From positions 19,739,946 to 19,803,945 of the forward strand of contig NC_057749.1 of assembly GCF_004010195.1 (NCBI RefSeq): 64,000 nucleotides of DNA, in the 5' to 3' direction. The notes under the pieces are model-generated. The model did no database searches and was not told the origin of the DNA. It worked only from the letters and a program-made list of their open reading frames with translations. Within the stretch, counting starts at the first letter, position 1, and every line of letters starts with the position of its first letter. Shown in pieces: positions 39,448 to 53,284 of this stretch. Made by a program: the position numbers and the translations under genes. This DNA comes from Chiloscyllium plagiosum. Taxonomy: Eukaryota.

Positions 39448-41281
39448 AATAGACAATAGGTGCAGGAGTAGGCCATTCTGCCCTTCGAGCCTGCACCACC
39501 ATTCAATATGATCATGGCTGATCATCCTTAATCAGTATCCTGTTCCTGCTTTATCTCCATAACCCTTGATTCCACAATCCTTGAGAGCTATATCCAACTC
39601 TTTCTTAAATGAATCTAGAGACTGGGTCTCCACTGCCCTCTGGGGTAGAGCATTCCACACAGCCACCACTCTCCGGGTGAAGAAATTTCTCCTCGTCTCT
39701 GTCCTAAATGGTCTACCCCGTATTTCTAAGCTGTGTCCTCTGGTTCAGCACTCACCCATCAGCGGAAACATGTTTCCTGCCTCCAGAGTGTCCAATCCTT
39801 TAATAATCTTATATGTCTCAATCATATACCTCTCAGTCTCCTAAACTCAAGTGTATACAAGCCCAGTCGCTACAGTCTTTCAGTGTAAGGTAATCCCGCC
39901 ATTCCAGGAATTGACCTCATGAACCTACGCTGCACTCCCTCAATAGCTAGAATGTCTTTCCTCAAATTTGGAGACCAGAACTGCACACAGTACTCCAGGT
40001 GTGGTCTCACCAGGGCCCTGTACAGCTGCAGAAGAAACTCTTTGCTTCTATACTCAATCCTGTTGTTATGAAGGCCAGCATGCTATTAGCCTTCTTCACT
40101 ACCTGCTGTACCTGCATGCTTACCTTCATTGACTGGTGTACAAGAACATCCAGATCTCTCTGTACTGCCCCTTTACCTAAATTGATTCCATTTAGGTAGT
40201 AATCTGCCTTCCTGTTCTTGCCACCAAAGTGGATAACCATACATTTATCCACATTAAACTGCATCTGCCATGCATTTGACCACTCACCTAATTTGTCCAG
40301 GTCACCCTGTAATCTCCTAACATCCTCATCACATTTCACCCTGCCACCCAGCTTAGTATCATCAGCAAATTTGCTAATATTATTACTGATACCATCTTCT
40401 ATATCATTAACATATATTGTAAAAAGCTGCGGTCCCAGTACTGCTCCCTGCGGTACCCCACTGGTCACTGCCTGCCATTCCGAAATGGAGCCATTTATCA
40501 CTACTCTTTGTTTCCTATCAGCCAACCAACGTTCAGTCCAAGCTAGTACTTTGCCCTAATTTTGCTCACTAACCTCCTATGTGGGACTTTATCAAAAGCT
40601 TTCTGAAAGTCCAGGTACACTATATCTACTGGATCTTCCTCATCCATCTTCAGAGTTACATCCTCAAAAAATTCCAAAAGATTAGTCAAGCATGATTTCC
40701 CCTTCATAAATCCATGCTGACTCTGACCTATCCTGTTACTACTATCCAGATGTGTCGTAATTTCATCCTTTATAATAGACTCCAGCATCTTTCCCACCAC
40801 TGAGGTCAGACTAACTGGTCTATAATTTCCTGTTTTCTTTCTCCCACCTTTCTTAAAATGTGGCATAACATTAGCCACCCTCCAATCCACAGGAACTGAT
40901 CCCGAATCTATCGAAGTCTGGAAAATAATCACCAACGCATCCATGATTTCTTGAGCCACCTCCTTAAGTACCCTATGATGTAGACCATCAGGCCCCGGGG
41001 ACTTATCAACCTTCAGACCTAACAGTCTCTCCAACACCAATTCCTGGCAAATATAAATTCCCTTCAGTTCAGGTTCTTCAGCCACTGTTACCTCAGGGAG
41101 ATTGCTTGTGTCCTCCCGAGTGAACACAGATCTGAAATACCAATTCAATTCTTCTGCCATTTCTTTGTTCCCCTGTTTCTGTCTTCAAGGGCCCAATTTT
41201 AGTCTTAACCATTTTTTTTGCCTTTCACATACCTAAACAAACTTTTACTATCCTCCTTTATATTATTGGCCAGTTTACCTA
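39448..41281 (-). mobile_element. Younger CR1 LINE (long ORF2/RT segment) inserted into an older + strand CR1 (~38670-39447, ~41285-42120)
   Basis: KSPGPDGLH, NYRPVSLTSVVGK, QHGFMKGKSCLTNL, YLDFQKAFDKVPH, SGVPQG, KFADDTKLG. Confidence 0.93.
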
Positions 41282-42198
41282 CCTACCAGAAAGAAGACAT
41301 AAATGGAGCAATTCTAAATTGGCAGGCTAAGACTAGTAAAGTGCTTCAAGGATTAATATTGGGGTTTCAGCTATTTGCAATCTATATTAATGATTTATAC
41401 AAAGAGATAAACAATAACATATTAAAGTTTGTTGAAGATATAAATCTAAGTGAATTAAGATATGCAGAGGACACAAAGAGGCTGTGAAAGGATATATTCA
41501 GGTTAAGTGAGTAGGCAACAAGCGGGGATTTGAATATAATGTATGGAAATGTGGAGTTAGTCACTTTGCTCAAAAATAGGAGAAGCAAAATATATTTTAA
41601 CAGCTGTGAAATTTGTAAATGTTGATGTTCAAACAGGCTAGCATGTGCTCAAACAAGGTAACATGCAGGTGCTACAAAAAAATTAGGGTGGCAATCTGTA
41701 AGTGGATTGAAGTACAAAATAAAGATGCCATGCAACAATTGCACAGGGTTTTGGGATAATTTTCCTACAATGAGAAGATCTGCAAATTGGACCTGTGCTG
41801 TCTAGACTGAAGAACAGTAAGAGGCAATCTCATTGAAACATTAAGGATTCTAAAGGAGCTTGACAAGGTAGAAACTGAGAGGCTGTTTTCCTCAGCTGTG
41901 GGATCTAGAATATGGGAGGCATGGATAAGTGAGTTGATCATTTAGAACTGAGAAAAGGAGAAAATCTCTTTCTAAGAGAGTTGTGAATCTTGGAATTCTT
42001 TACTTCAGAGGATTGTGTAAGTCCTATAGTTGAATATATTTAAGGTCAGAATAGACAGATGTTTGGTCTCTAATAAATGACTTGCCTGGCTTATTCATGC
42101 TCCTGTTTCTTATGTTCTTCTACGATTGAGGGGTGATCTGATTACTGTTGGCCAAAACCCCTTGGTCTAACTCAATAAATGGCTTTTAATGTTCACAG

Positions 42199-42358
42199 AG
42201 TCCCCAACTGCCAGTGAGTCTGAAAGCATGAGTGAAATTGAGAGTGAGAGTGGCTCAGAGAATGATGAAGAGAGTGATGAAGAGACCAAGTCGGACAAGG
42301 AGAGAAAGAAGAAAGCAGGAAAGGAGAAGAGCAAGAAACAAGATGAGAGCGAGGACAG
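42199..42358 (+). CDS. AP3B2: AP-3 beta-2 acidic/Ser-rich hinge exon: (Q)SPTASESESMSEIESESGSENDEESDEETKSDKERKKKAGKEKSKKQDESED(S)
   Basis: cacag acceptor, CAG|gttggt donor; 160 nt, phase 1->2 fits both neighbours. Confidence 0.87.
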
Positions 42359-43049
42359 GTTGGTGAAGTTGGGCACAATGAGTGGGTACTTTCAGTGCTT
42401 TCTTCCATGAAACTGGGCCTGTTTTTGTTCAACTAATTGAAGGAAATTTCCAATTGCAAGAAAATTACAATGCATCTTAGAGAAGAGTTGGGGAAGGAAT
42501 AAGGCAATTAGGTAAGGAGAAGATTTGTTATATGTGGTTGGCATGAGGGGGCCATTTGTTACAATCGCCGTAGAGACAAATAACTTTTTAAAAAGAAATT
42601 TAAAATTCCACTGAATAGCTGACAGGATGTCACAATACTCTTATCCTGATGCTTTTACTTAAGTTTTAAGACTTCTACTGAATAAAACAAAAGCACCATT
42701 TACTAAATACTATCTCTGGAGCCAACATACACTTTAAACAGCAAAACAGAATACTCCCCTTCTTCTTTTAGCATAACTAAGAGCATACTTCACAGATTTT
42801 CTTCTTTATTCATGCTCCTGTTTCTTATGTTACTATACAATTGAGGGTTGATCTGATTACTGTTGGCCAAATGGTGTGATATGGTGTGACATTGCTAGCT
42901 GGACATTTATTACCTGTAGGCAGGTGCTGAGGAAGGAGATATGGCTGGGTCGGCCGGGGCAGTCAGGTTTGTGGATTTTGAGCAGGAGGTAGAAACGGAC
43001 GCTGCAGGGTTGTGGGACTATAAGGGACTATGTGGGACTATGACTATTT

Positions 43050-44610
43050 ATTACCTGTCCCTAGTTGCCCTCGAAAAGGTGACATGAGTTGCAGTCTAAC
43101 TGCTGTAGGTAGAGCCACAATGCTGTTTGTGGGGAATTCCAGCATTTTGACCCAGTGGCAGTGAAGGAATAGTGATATATGTCAGGATGGTGAGTGGCTT
43201 GGAGGGTATCTTGAAGGTGTAGGCATTCCCTTGTACCTGCTGCCTGTGTATTTCTAGATAGAAATGATTGTGAGATTGGAAGGTGCTCTCTAAGGATCTT
43301 TGGTGAATTTCTGCAGTGCATCTTGTAAGTAGTACACACTGCTGCTGCTGAACGTCAGTGGTGAAGGGAGTGGTTGCTTGTGGATTTGGTTCAAGTTAAG
43401 CAGACTGCTTTGTCCTGGGTGGTGTCAAGCGTCTTGAGTGTTATTGGAGCTGTACCAATCCAGGCAAATAGGGGTATTCCATCACACTCCTGACTTGTGC
43501 CTTGTACATGGTTGCCAGGTTTTGGAGAGTCAGGAGATGAGTTATTCCCTGCAAGATTTCTGGCCTTTGACCTGCTCTTGAAGCCATATATTCATAAGGA
43601 GAGTCCTGTTGAGTTTCTGGACAATGGTAATAGTGTTGATAATGGGGGATTCAGTGATGGTAACATCATTGAATTTCAAGAGGTGGTGGTTAGATTGTCT
43701 GTTATTGGAGATAGTCATTGTCTAGAAATTGTGTGGCGGGAATATTACTTGCCACTTGTCAGCCCAAGACTGGACATTGTTCAGATCTTGTTGCATTGGA
43801 ACATTGTCTGCAACAGTATCTGAGTCATTACGAATGGTGCTGAACATTGTGCAATCATTGGTGAATGTCCCCACTTCTGATTTTATGATGGAGGGAAGGT
43901 CATTGACAAAGTAGCTGAAGCTGGTTAGAGCAAGGACAATATCCTCAGCACTGCCCGCAGAGATGTCATGAGCTGAGATGATTGATTCTAACAATTGCAA
44001 CCATTGTCCCATGTGACAGGTATGACTCCAGCTAGTGGAAAATTTGCCCCTTGATTCCTATTGATCCCAGCTTTGCTAGAGTTCCTTGATGCCACACTCA
44101 ATCAAATGCTGCCTTAATGTCAAGGGCTATCACTCTTACCTCACCTCTGTAATTCAGCTCTTTTGTCCATGTTTGAATCAAAGTTGTAACAAGGTCAGAA
44201 GCTGAGTGGGGCACCCAAACTGGGTGTCACTGATTAGGTTATTGCCAAGAAGATGCTGCCAGATAGCACTGTTGACACCTTCCATCACTTTGCTGATGAT
44301 CAAGAGTAGACTTTTGGGATGGTAATTGGCTGGGTTGGATTTGTGCTGCTCATTGTGTACAGGCTTTACCTGGGCATTTTTCCATATTGATAGATTCAGT
44401 GTTGGAACAGTACTTGAACATCTTGGTTTGGGGAGTGGAACATTCTGGTGCACAAATCTTCAGTACTATTGCCAAAATGTTGTCAGGGTCCATAGTCTTT
44501 GTAGTAACTAGTGCCTCCTAACTGCTTCTTGATATCGTGACTGAAGACTGGCATCTGTACTACCAGGGACCACTGGAGGATGCCAGGATGGATAATCCAC
44601 TTGGCACTTC
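43050..44610 (-). mobile_element. CR1/L2-group LINE, decayed
   Basis: WKNAQVKPVH..SNPANYHPKSLL, FVNDLPSIIKSEVGTFTNDCT. Confidence 0.8.
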
Positions 44611-45337
44611 TGTCTGGAACTACTCAGCAAATCTGGCTGCATCTGTGGAGAGAAAAATGTGGAGATTTAACAATTTAGCCTCTTCCCAGTGAAAGTCCTC
44701 AACTTGAAACGTTAATTCTGTTTCTCTCTCCACAGATGTTCCCAGATCTGCTCAGTGTTTCCCACATCTTTGGTATATATTTCAGATTTTCACCATCCAT
44801 AATAGTTTGCTTCCTTATGAATGCAAGGCTGGTCTCTTGTAATGAATTGTGTAGTACAGTGATTATGTTTTCTTTTATTCATTTGTGGGATATGAGTGTC
44901 ACTGGATGTTCCAATTTTTATCACCCATCCCTAATTAACTTTGAGAAAGTCATGGTAAGCTATCTTCTTGAACCATCATAGTCCATGTACTGTAGGTACA
45001 CCCATTAGGGAAGGATTTCTAGGATTTTGACCAAGTGACACTGAAGGAACGGTGATATAGTTCCAATTCAGGATGGTGAGTGGCTTGGAGGGGAGCTTGC
45101 AGATAATGGTGTTCCTTTGTATTTGCTGTGCTCACCCTTCTAGATGATAGTGGTTGTGCATTGGGAAGGTGCTAAGGAACTTTGATAAATTGCTGCACCT
45201 TGTTGATGAAACAAGTTACTGCTATTGAGTGTCGGTGGTGATGGGAGACGATGTTTGTGGATGTGTAGCCAATTTGCCTGGAATGCTCACTTACTGGAAG
45301 ACTATTAGCCTCTTGTTTTCCTCAATATGTTTTTCAG

Positions 45338-45506
45338 TGGACAAAGTGAAGGTGAAGAGAAGACAGTGAAAAAACACAAAGAGGAGGAAGAATCAAGTTC
45401 TTCTTCTTCTTCCTCCTCTGAGGAAAGCTCCTCGGAGAACAGCTCATCAGAATCAGAGTCAGAGGGAGACTCTGAATTGGATACCGGTAAAAAGAGCAGG
45501 AAGACG
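45338..45506 (+). CDS. AP3B2: AP-3 beta-2 hinge exon: GQSEGEEKTVKKHKEEEESSSSSSSSEESSSENSSSESESEGDSELDTGKKSRKT
   Basis: ttttcag acceptor, ACG|gtaagc donor; 169 nt, phase 2->0. Confidence 0.9.
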
Positions 45507-47837
45507 GTAAGCCAGTTATGAATCTATTTTTGTCGAGATGCATTCGGAAAGTGCGAAATGTTGCTGGTTCATATACTGGACTAATCCCAGAGATGGAGTA
45601 CTGAAAGTACACTATGACAACTGTTATATGCAATAATAATAAAAATAATATACTGCAGATGCTAAACATTTGAAGGAAGTACAGATATTGCTGGAAATGC
45701 TGAGAAGGTTTCAGGTTTATCAGAACTGAAAAATGCTGAAATATTCACAACCAGAAATGTTAATTTTGTTTCTTTCTCCATAGCTACTGTCAGACCTGCT
45801 GCATTTCCCTAGCATTGTGTTTCTAATTCCAGAATTATTATCATTGAATTCAGGAAATTATAGGAGAGACGGTGGTGAAATGGTAATGTCACCAAACTAA
45901 TCGAGATGCACAGACTGTGTGGACACTTGTTCAAATCCCACCATGCCAGCTGGTGGAATTTAAATTCAATTAATGAATTTCGAATTGAAAGTTAGACTCA
46001 GTATTGAAATCATGATTGGATGGGAACCATTGATTGTGGTAAAAAGCCATCTGATTCACTGATGTCCTTTGGGGAAGGAAATTTGCCATTTTCATATCAT
46101 CTGGCTTACATATGGCCTTCATATGACCCACCAGCAACTCTTTTCTGAAATGGCCTAGCAAACTGCTGAGCTCAAGGACAGTAGGGCTGGCCTTGCCAAT
46201 AACACTCACATCCCATGAAAGAATAGAAAAGAAACAAATCAGGAAATGACCACAGTCTCTGGATCAATGTAGATATCAACTTAGTTAATCAATATCCCTC
46301 CATGAAAGGGATCTGCTACTTTGGTCAGGTCCACATGACTGAGTTTTTGGTTGATCTTTTGGTTCTTTCAGCATTAGGCTAGGAAAAGCTATCTATACTC
46401 AGACTTGCACTACAGCAGAAATTTACCCCCTTATTATCTTCAACACAAATAGGGGTGGGCAAAATTGGCGAGATTGCTTGCTTCTGGAGAAGTTATTTTA
46501 AAAGTTCTCCTCACCTGACATATTTACCTGAACTGACGTTTTTTCCACAATGGTCCTTGTACCCTGCCATCTACCACTTCTGCAATCTAGGTATTAAAGA
46601 TATCAAGGGTATGGGGAAAGTGCCCAAGGGATTGATTGACCTGTCCTTATTCCTATGAGCATATAATTTCACTTTCCTGAAATTTCGAAGGTTCCTCCCT
46701 TCAGATTTTGTCATTGTTTCTGAAGTCTGTCTTTACATTGAATGTATGGCATTAAAGCAAATCATTCAGCCTAACTAATCCCTGTTGTTGTTTATGCTGC
46801 GCTTGAGGTACTCCTATCTTTCCAGATGTAAATCTCCACACTGGTTTAGAGTTGAGGTTTGCACCTGAATTTGGCTCTCTTTGACCAGTTCTAAGTGCAC
46901 TTGAGAGTTGAGATCCCTTTCAAACTAGTGGAATCAACAGCAACAAGTTGCATTTATGTAAATCCTTCAAGAATAAAGTGTACAGTCCATTTCGATATGA
47001 ATGTTATCAGATAGAGATGACAGCAACATTCCTGGATTTCCTCAGTGCAGTTGTGAAATAGTGACTGCAGCTTCAGTCATTGGGCTGAGGAGCCACTTGT
47101 TTTGGGCTCCTGCCTCAGATTCCCATCAAGACTTAATTTTGGATTTTGTTTTGAATTCTTTCATGGGATGTGGGTTTTTTTGGCACGGCCAAAATTCTTG
47201 ATCATCTGAACTCAATTGTCCCTGAACTGGTTGGCTTGTTAGGCCATTTCAGAGGCCAGGAAAGAGTCAGCTACATTGCTTTTGGTCCAGACTCGCACAC
47301 AGGCCACGCCATTTTAGGATGGCGGATTTTCTTCAGTTTAGTGGATTTTTACAATTTGTAATGAAAGCTGACATGACCACCATTGAGGTTAGTTTTGTAT
47401 ACTAGATATATTAGTTTGTTTCAAATTCAACTATCTGCCCAGGCGGGATTAGAAATGATGTTTCCAGAGTGTCTAATGATATTACACACAGTCTCCTCCT
47501 ACCTACTTTCCGACCACCGCAACACATCTCTTCCTAATTGTCCTACTGGAGCTGAGCACCTGGATTGCCTCATAAATGGTTTATAAAGTGCCTGTCAACA
47601 GAGTCCATCTTGGGAAATTAGGATACAGATTGTGATCAGTGTGCACAATCCAAATTCTGCACCACAGAGAAATATCAAGCCTAAATGCAGAGCTTTTAGG
47701 AAAAGCTACTGATTGATGCATGATTCAGGAATGTGGAAGTGATTGAAATTGGCAAACAGAATATGAAATACAAATAAGTCAAAGCTGAAGTTTTTGTTAG
47801 CCTTTTTTGCAGATGACTTGCTCCGTTCTTTTCTCAG

Positions 47838-47913
47838 CTTTTCACAGCAAAACCACCTCCAAGGCCGCTTGAGACAAAACAGAAGGAGATCTCTCTCCTT
47901 GACCTGGATGACT
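47838..47913 (+). CDS. AP3B2: AP-3 beta-2 hinge exon with clathrin box: LFTAKPPPRPLETKQKEISLLDLDD
   Basis: ttctcag acceptor, T|gtgagt donor; 76 nt, phase 0->1; KEISLLDLDD(F) is the beta3-adaptin clathrin-box segment. Confidence 0.9.
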
Positions 47914-49338
47914 GTGAGTCTTTTTTTTATTTCAGTAGTTCTGAGAATAGTTAAAATAGACACTACCTTTACTCCAAAATGTGCCTGTTGATCTGATTCC
48001 TTTGAAATTCTAACTGCACTTTGGGTCTCCATTTTTTTTCAAGATCACTGTATTTAAATAGCTCTGCTTTCTACTGGATGTTTGCACACAAAGCTAACAC
48101 CAAAATATCTGATTCTTAACTCTTTCTGCCAGGTATTGTGGCTGAAATATTACAATGCTCTGCCTATGCACCATTACCATGGCTGCCATTTTCCAGAAAT
48201 GTGTCTGCGTGAGGTGTGGATGGGGGGGGGGGTCACTCTTCAGAGAGTCGGTGTAGACTTGTTGGGCCAAGTGGCATGTTTCTACATGTTAGGGATTCTG
48301 TGGTGTGCTGCGGTGTATTTGCCTGGTTCAGGTCAGGGTCTTACGATCATAGACACCTTGGTACCAACATAGAGGTTATTTAACCATCCATCAAATGGGA
48401 CAAATGCTGATTGCTTGGGAAAAGGAATGTTTTTGAGGGCATTGACACTTACCAGTTCCGAGAGGAAGAAGCTCAAATACCTCTTAGTGGTATCAATGCA
48501 CTAACTCTTTGTTTCACTGCAAATCAACATCTAAATTGACTTTCCATTTCCCATACACCCAGGGAGAAGGGATTTGGGATTGTTTTTAAATGATTCTCAG
48601 ATTTTGGTCAAATCTGTCAAAGGTGCACTTCTTGTTTGCCCCTGATTGTTGCGAGACAGGGACATTCAGGTCACTACCAGCCTCCAGTTCAAATATTGTA
48701 TCTAGTCTTGGCACCATCTTTAGGAAGGTCATGACAGCATTACAAAAAGGGTTCACAAAATTTGTTTAAGGGGTGAGGAATTTCCGTTCTGAAGACAGAT
48801 TGAAGAAGTTAGGATTTTTTTTGGAGAAGAGAGGGCTGAAAGATTATCAGATTGAAGTATTCAAAATCATAGGGGTCTGGACAGAGTAGTTAGGGTGAAA
48901 ATATTCCTAACCATGAAAGGATCAAGAATGAGAGAATACGAATTTAATTGGCAAAACAAGAAGATAGTGATATTTTTAAAAGTTTTTTTCACCCAGTGAG
49001 TTATTAGAGTCTGGAACACATTGCCTGATTCATGCAGGTAGGTTCATTTGAGATCTTCAAAAAGTTACTTGACTTATTTGACTGTTGTTTGAAAGGAATG
49101 GTATGTGGGGTTCCTGGGAGAAAATAGGAGAATGGCACAAAATGAAGTGTTCATTTGCAGAAATGATGGCTGAATGGCCTCTTTACATGCTGCAATAATT
49201 CTGTGATTCAATCATTTCAATGTTCAGAAATCATCTTAAGTTGTCAGCAGATGTTCAATGAGAGTTGTTTCTGCTACATATTAATGTTCTTTGGAATTGG
49301 TTCTTCTCTTTCACCCTCTACCTCCTTTTTTTTTTCAG

Positions 49339-49448
49339 TCAGCTCACCCACAACCTTCCAGAGCAGTCCCTCTCCCAACACATTGCCCAAAAGTCTCAAT
49401 CTGGATCTACAGGGGTTAACATTAACTGACACAACCCTACTATCTGAG
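49339..49448 (+). CDS. AP3B2: AP-3 beta-2 hinge exon: (F)SSPTTFQSSPSPNTLPKSLNLDLQGLTLTDTTLLSE
   Basis: poly-T + cag acceptor, GAG|gtgagt donor; 110 nt, phase 1->0; DLxGLTLTD motif. Confidence 0.92.
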
Positions 49449-49939
49449 GTGAGTATTGTCCTGATTGATATTCAATTGATACCTGTATTAATATACTAAG
49501 AATTTAATTTCAAATGTCCACACGCAGGATCCAATCAATTCTTTGCATAAAGTAGTTTTAAATGCATTTTGATTCTTAAGCCAGTCTGCCCATTTCCAGC
49601 TGAATGTGGACAGTTTTCAGAAAGCTGAGTGGAGAGTTCTTTGGATACACCTGCTGGTTGCCACTGCCTGTACTGTTTCCACTGGAGGTAACAACAGATG
49701 TTGATGGTGTCTGCCCAGATAAGAGAGATTTCCAATAAAACCATGGCACTGAGATTTTGTTTCCATATTCTTTCATGGGATATGGGTACCACTGGCAAGA
49801 CACTGGTTTTCCATTCCTAATTGCTCTTGAACTAAGTGGCTTGCCAGGCCATTTCAGCAGAAAGTTAGGACTATTGTGGGTCTGAAGTCACGTGTAGGCC
49901 AGACCAGGTAAAGATCATAGATTTCCTTCCTTAAAATCC

Positions 49940-51850
49940 AGAAAATATTGGAGCAGGTATAGGCTACTTGACCAATCACAGCTGTGCAGCCATTCAATGA
50001 AATTGTGGTGAATCTGATAATCATCAGCTCCAGTTTCCTGCCGTTTCCTAATAACCTTAGATTCCCTACTTTTGATTATAAGTCTGTCCATGTCAACCTT
50101 GAAATCACATAACAACACAACCTTTTCAGTTATTCTCTGGAATGTTCCCAATGCTAAGTAAACCTTTCCTGAAATAAAGAATCCAAAACTGTTCACAATA
50201 TCCTAGGTGTGTCTAACTAGTGTCTTGTATAGTTTTAGCAAGACCTTCTTGCTTTTATACTACTTTCCTTTTGGGATATAGGTCAACATTTCAGTTTTTT
50301 GAAAAAAATCTTTTCAGTATGAGGACTACGCTGGCTAGGCCAGCATTTAATGTCCATCCCTAAGAGGGCAGTTAAGTGTCAACCACATTGCTGTGTTTCC
50401 AGAGTCACGTGTAGGCCAGACCAGGTAAGGATGGCAGTTTCCTTCCCTGAAGGGCATTAGTGAACCAGACTTTTTTTTCCTGACAATTGGCAATGGATTA
50501 ATGGTCATCATTAAGCTCTCAATTCCAGATTTTTACAGAATTCAAATTCTACCATCTGCCATGGGTGGGATTCAAACACATATCTGGGTCTCTGGATTAA
50601 CAGTCCAGCGATAATACCACTAGCCCATCACTAGTTGCTTCCCCTATTACCTGCTGAACTTGTCTGTTAGATTTTTGTGATTCGTGCACAAGGACCCCAA
50701 TTGCTGTAGCTTTCCACAGTCTTACTCCGTTTAAATAATATTCATCCCCTCTATTCTTCCTGTCAAAGTACATAATCCAATATTTCCTATGTTATATCTC
50801 ATCTTCCAAGATTTCATTCATTCACTTAATCTGTCCATATCCCTCTGTAAACTCATAATGTCAGCCTCAGCACTTATCCTCACATCTATTTTGTGATATC
50901 CACAGACTTGGCTAAAGTACATTCAATTCCATCAACAAAAGCATTCATATATTGTAAGTAATTGTGGCTCAGCAATGATCCATGCAGCACTGCACTAATT
51001 ACAGGTTGCCATTCTGAAAATACCCCCCTTATTCCAGCTCTCTGTCTAATATTTGTTAGCAAATCCTCTATTCATGCTAATATACTACCCCTAACACCAT
51101 GGGCTCTTTTATCTGTGGTGACTTATCAAATGCCTTTCGTAAATCTAAATATATTGTGCTTTCCAGTTCCTCTTTATACATCCTGCTGTTGCCTCCTCAA
51201 ATATTTATAATAAATTTGTCAGACATGATTTCCCCTTCAAGAAGTCATGCTGAGTCTTTTTAGTTATGTTATGCTCTGCTAAATGCCTTGCTGCTACATC
51301 CTTTATCATACATTCTTTATAATACACTCCAGCATTTTCCCAAAGCAGATGATAAGATAACTGGTCTATAGTTACCAGTTTTTATCTCTCTCTGTTTTTG
51401 AATATCGGTGTTACATTGGCAGTTTTTCAGTCCTTTAGGACCTTTCCAAAATCTAAGGATTATTGGAAGATTACTATCACTGTAGCTACTTCATCTAAAA
51501 TCCTAGGCCTCAACCTAGCAGGTCCAATGACTTATGTCTTTTTACCTAATTTGGTTCCTATTACTTTTACTTCTAGTGACAGTTATTGTATTTTGGTCTC
51601 CCACCATCATTGCTGTGGCCCCTTAATTGTTTAGTATTTTTGGAACACTATTAGTGTCTTCTACCATGAAGACTGTTTCTTTCCTCTGCAATTTCCTGGT
51701 TCCCCATTATGATTTACTCAACTTCATTCTGTAATCAGCCTATGTTTACTTTTGACTCTCTCTTCCTTTATACATGTATATGTAAAGAAATGCTTGTTGT
51801 CCATTTTTATATTACTTGCTGTTTTACTCTCAAAATTTATTTTCTCCCTG
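49940..51850 (-). mobile_element. Old CR1 LINE with nested SINE (~50310-50630)
   Basis: Degenerate reverse-strand RT motifs (gacatgatttccccttc, ctggtctatagttacc); the nested element matches the SINE-like family at ~4330-4660 and ~45870-46230. Confidence 0.65.
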
Positions 51851-52304
51851 TTTATTATTTTTTGGTCTTCAAAGAACATTAGAACATCCCAGATGGATTT
51901 TCCAACAATTGATGGTAGTTTTTTAACCAAGATCCTGAGACTCACTTTATATTCCATTTTCTTGATTGAATTTCAATTCTGCATTGGTGTCAGGTTCCTA
52001 TGGTGCCATTTTGAAAGAAAAACAAGGGATTTCTCCCTGGTATCCTGCCAAATATTTATTCTTGAATTAACATCACAATCCTACAAGGAAAAGGGAAAAC
52101 TATCAGCAAAAATAGAAGTTCAATAAATCTTAGGTAGGATAGTATTTGGAGTAAGTAACATAGCTTAGGAAAAATAATTGAATTAATCCAGCTTAGAACA
52201 GACATGGCACGAACACAGGAAAAAAGGTTAATATGAATGGTCAAGTCCCAAAGTTACAAAGAATCATATAAAACAATGAAGCAATAATACAATAATAATA
52301 ATAA

Positions 52305-52757
52305 GAGGAGGTTTACCAGGATGCTGCCTGGACTGGAGGGCCTATCTTATGAAGTGAGGTTGACTGAGCTCGGACTTTTTTCATTGGAGAAAAGGGAGGA
52401 GGAGAGGGGACCTAATTGAGGTATACAAGATAATGAGAGGCATAGATCGAGTCGATAGCCAGAGACTATTTCCCAGGGCAGAAATGTCTAACACGAGGGG
52501 TCATAGTTTTAAGCTGGTTGGAGGAAAGTAGAGATGGGATGTCAGAGGCGCCTTCTTTACACAGAGAGTTGTGAGAGCATGGAATGCGTTGCCAGCAGCA
52601 GTTGTGGAAGCAAGGTCATTGGGGACATTTAAGAGACTGCTGGACATGCATATGGTCACAGAAATTTGAGGGTGCATACATGAGGATCAATGGTCGGCAC
52701 AACATCGTGGGCTGAAGGGCCTGTTCTGTGCTGTACTGTTCTATGTTCTATGTTCTA
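52305..52757 (+). mobile_element. CR1 LINE 3' fragment
   Basis: [37 protein letters not shown]; (ctatgtt)n tail. Confidence 0.88.
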
Positions 52758-53284
52758 ACAATGCTAGGGCTAGAGCAAATGACTCCTTTCCCATGAGAAG
52801 AAGGCTAAGTGTGCCACCCTATCACCCTAAGACTTGAAGTCATTGTACTGGGGCAATAAGCAGATGGTATGTTCCACTAAGTACAGATTAAGTAAAGATT
52901 ACAGACTAAGTAAAGATTAAAGATATAGCAATTGGCCATTTGTTTACCTTCCCTTGCAACCCCTTACACATGCCCTGGTATTAATTTACTATTCAAATGT
53001 CATAGATGGAATGTGACTAAAGCAAGAATTTGCCTATGTGCGCCAAGAATTAAGCAACAACAAAATTAAACATCCACTGGCAAAAATCACATATCTACAA
53101 TTATAACCTATTTTTAACAAGCTCTTCACTCACAGATTTCATCATTAGCGTGGGTTCTCAGGAACAGAACCCACGTGGATATGGCTGTAACACACATGTA
53201 AAAAGACGAGAAAATCAAAGTAATTCAAGGAGATCCATTTTTCCCACAGAAAGAGTGTATCTTCTATGTACATGTACTTCCTTG

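Noticed and set aside
47848..47913. Alternative acceptor ttcacag for the clathrin-box exon
   Set aside because: Out of frame with the upstream phase-0 exon; 47838 preserves KEISLLDLDD.
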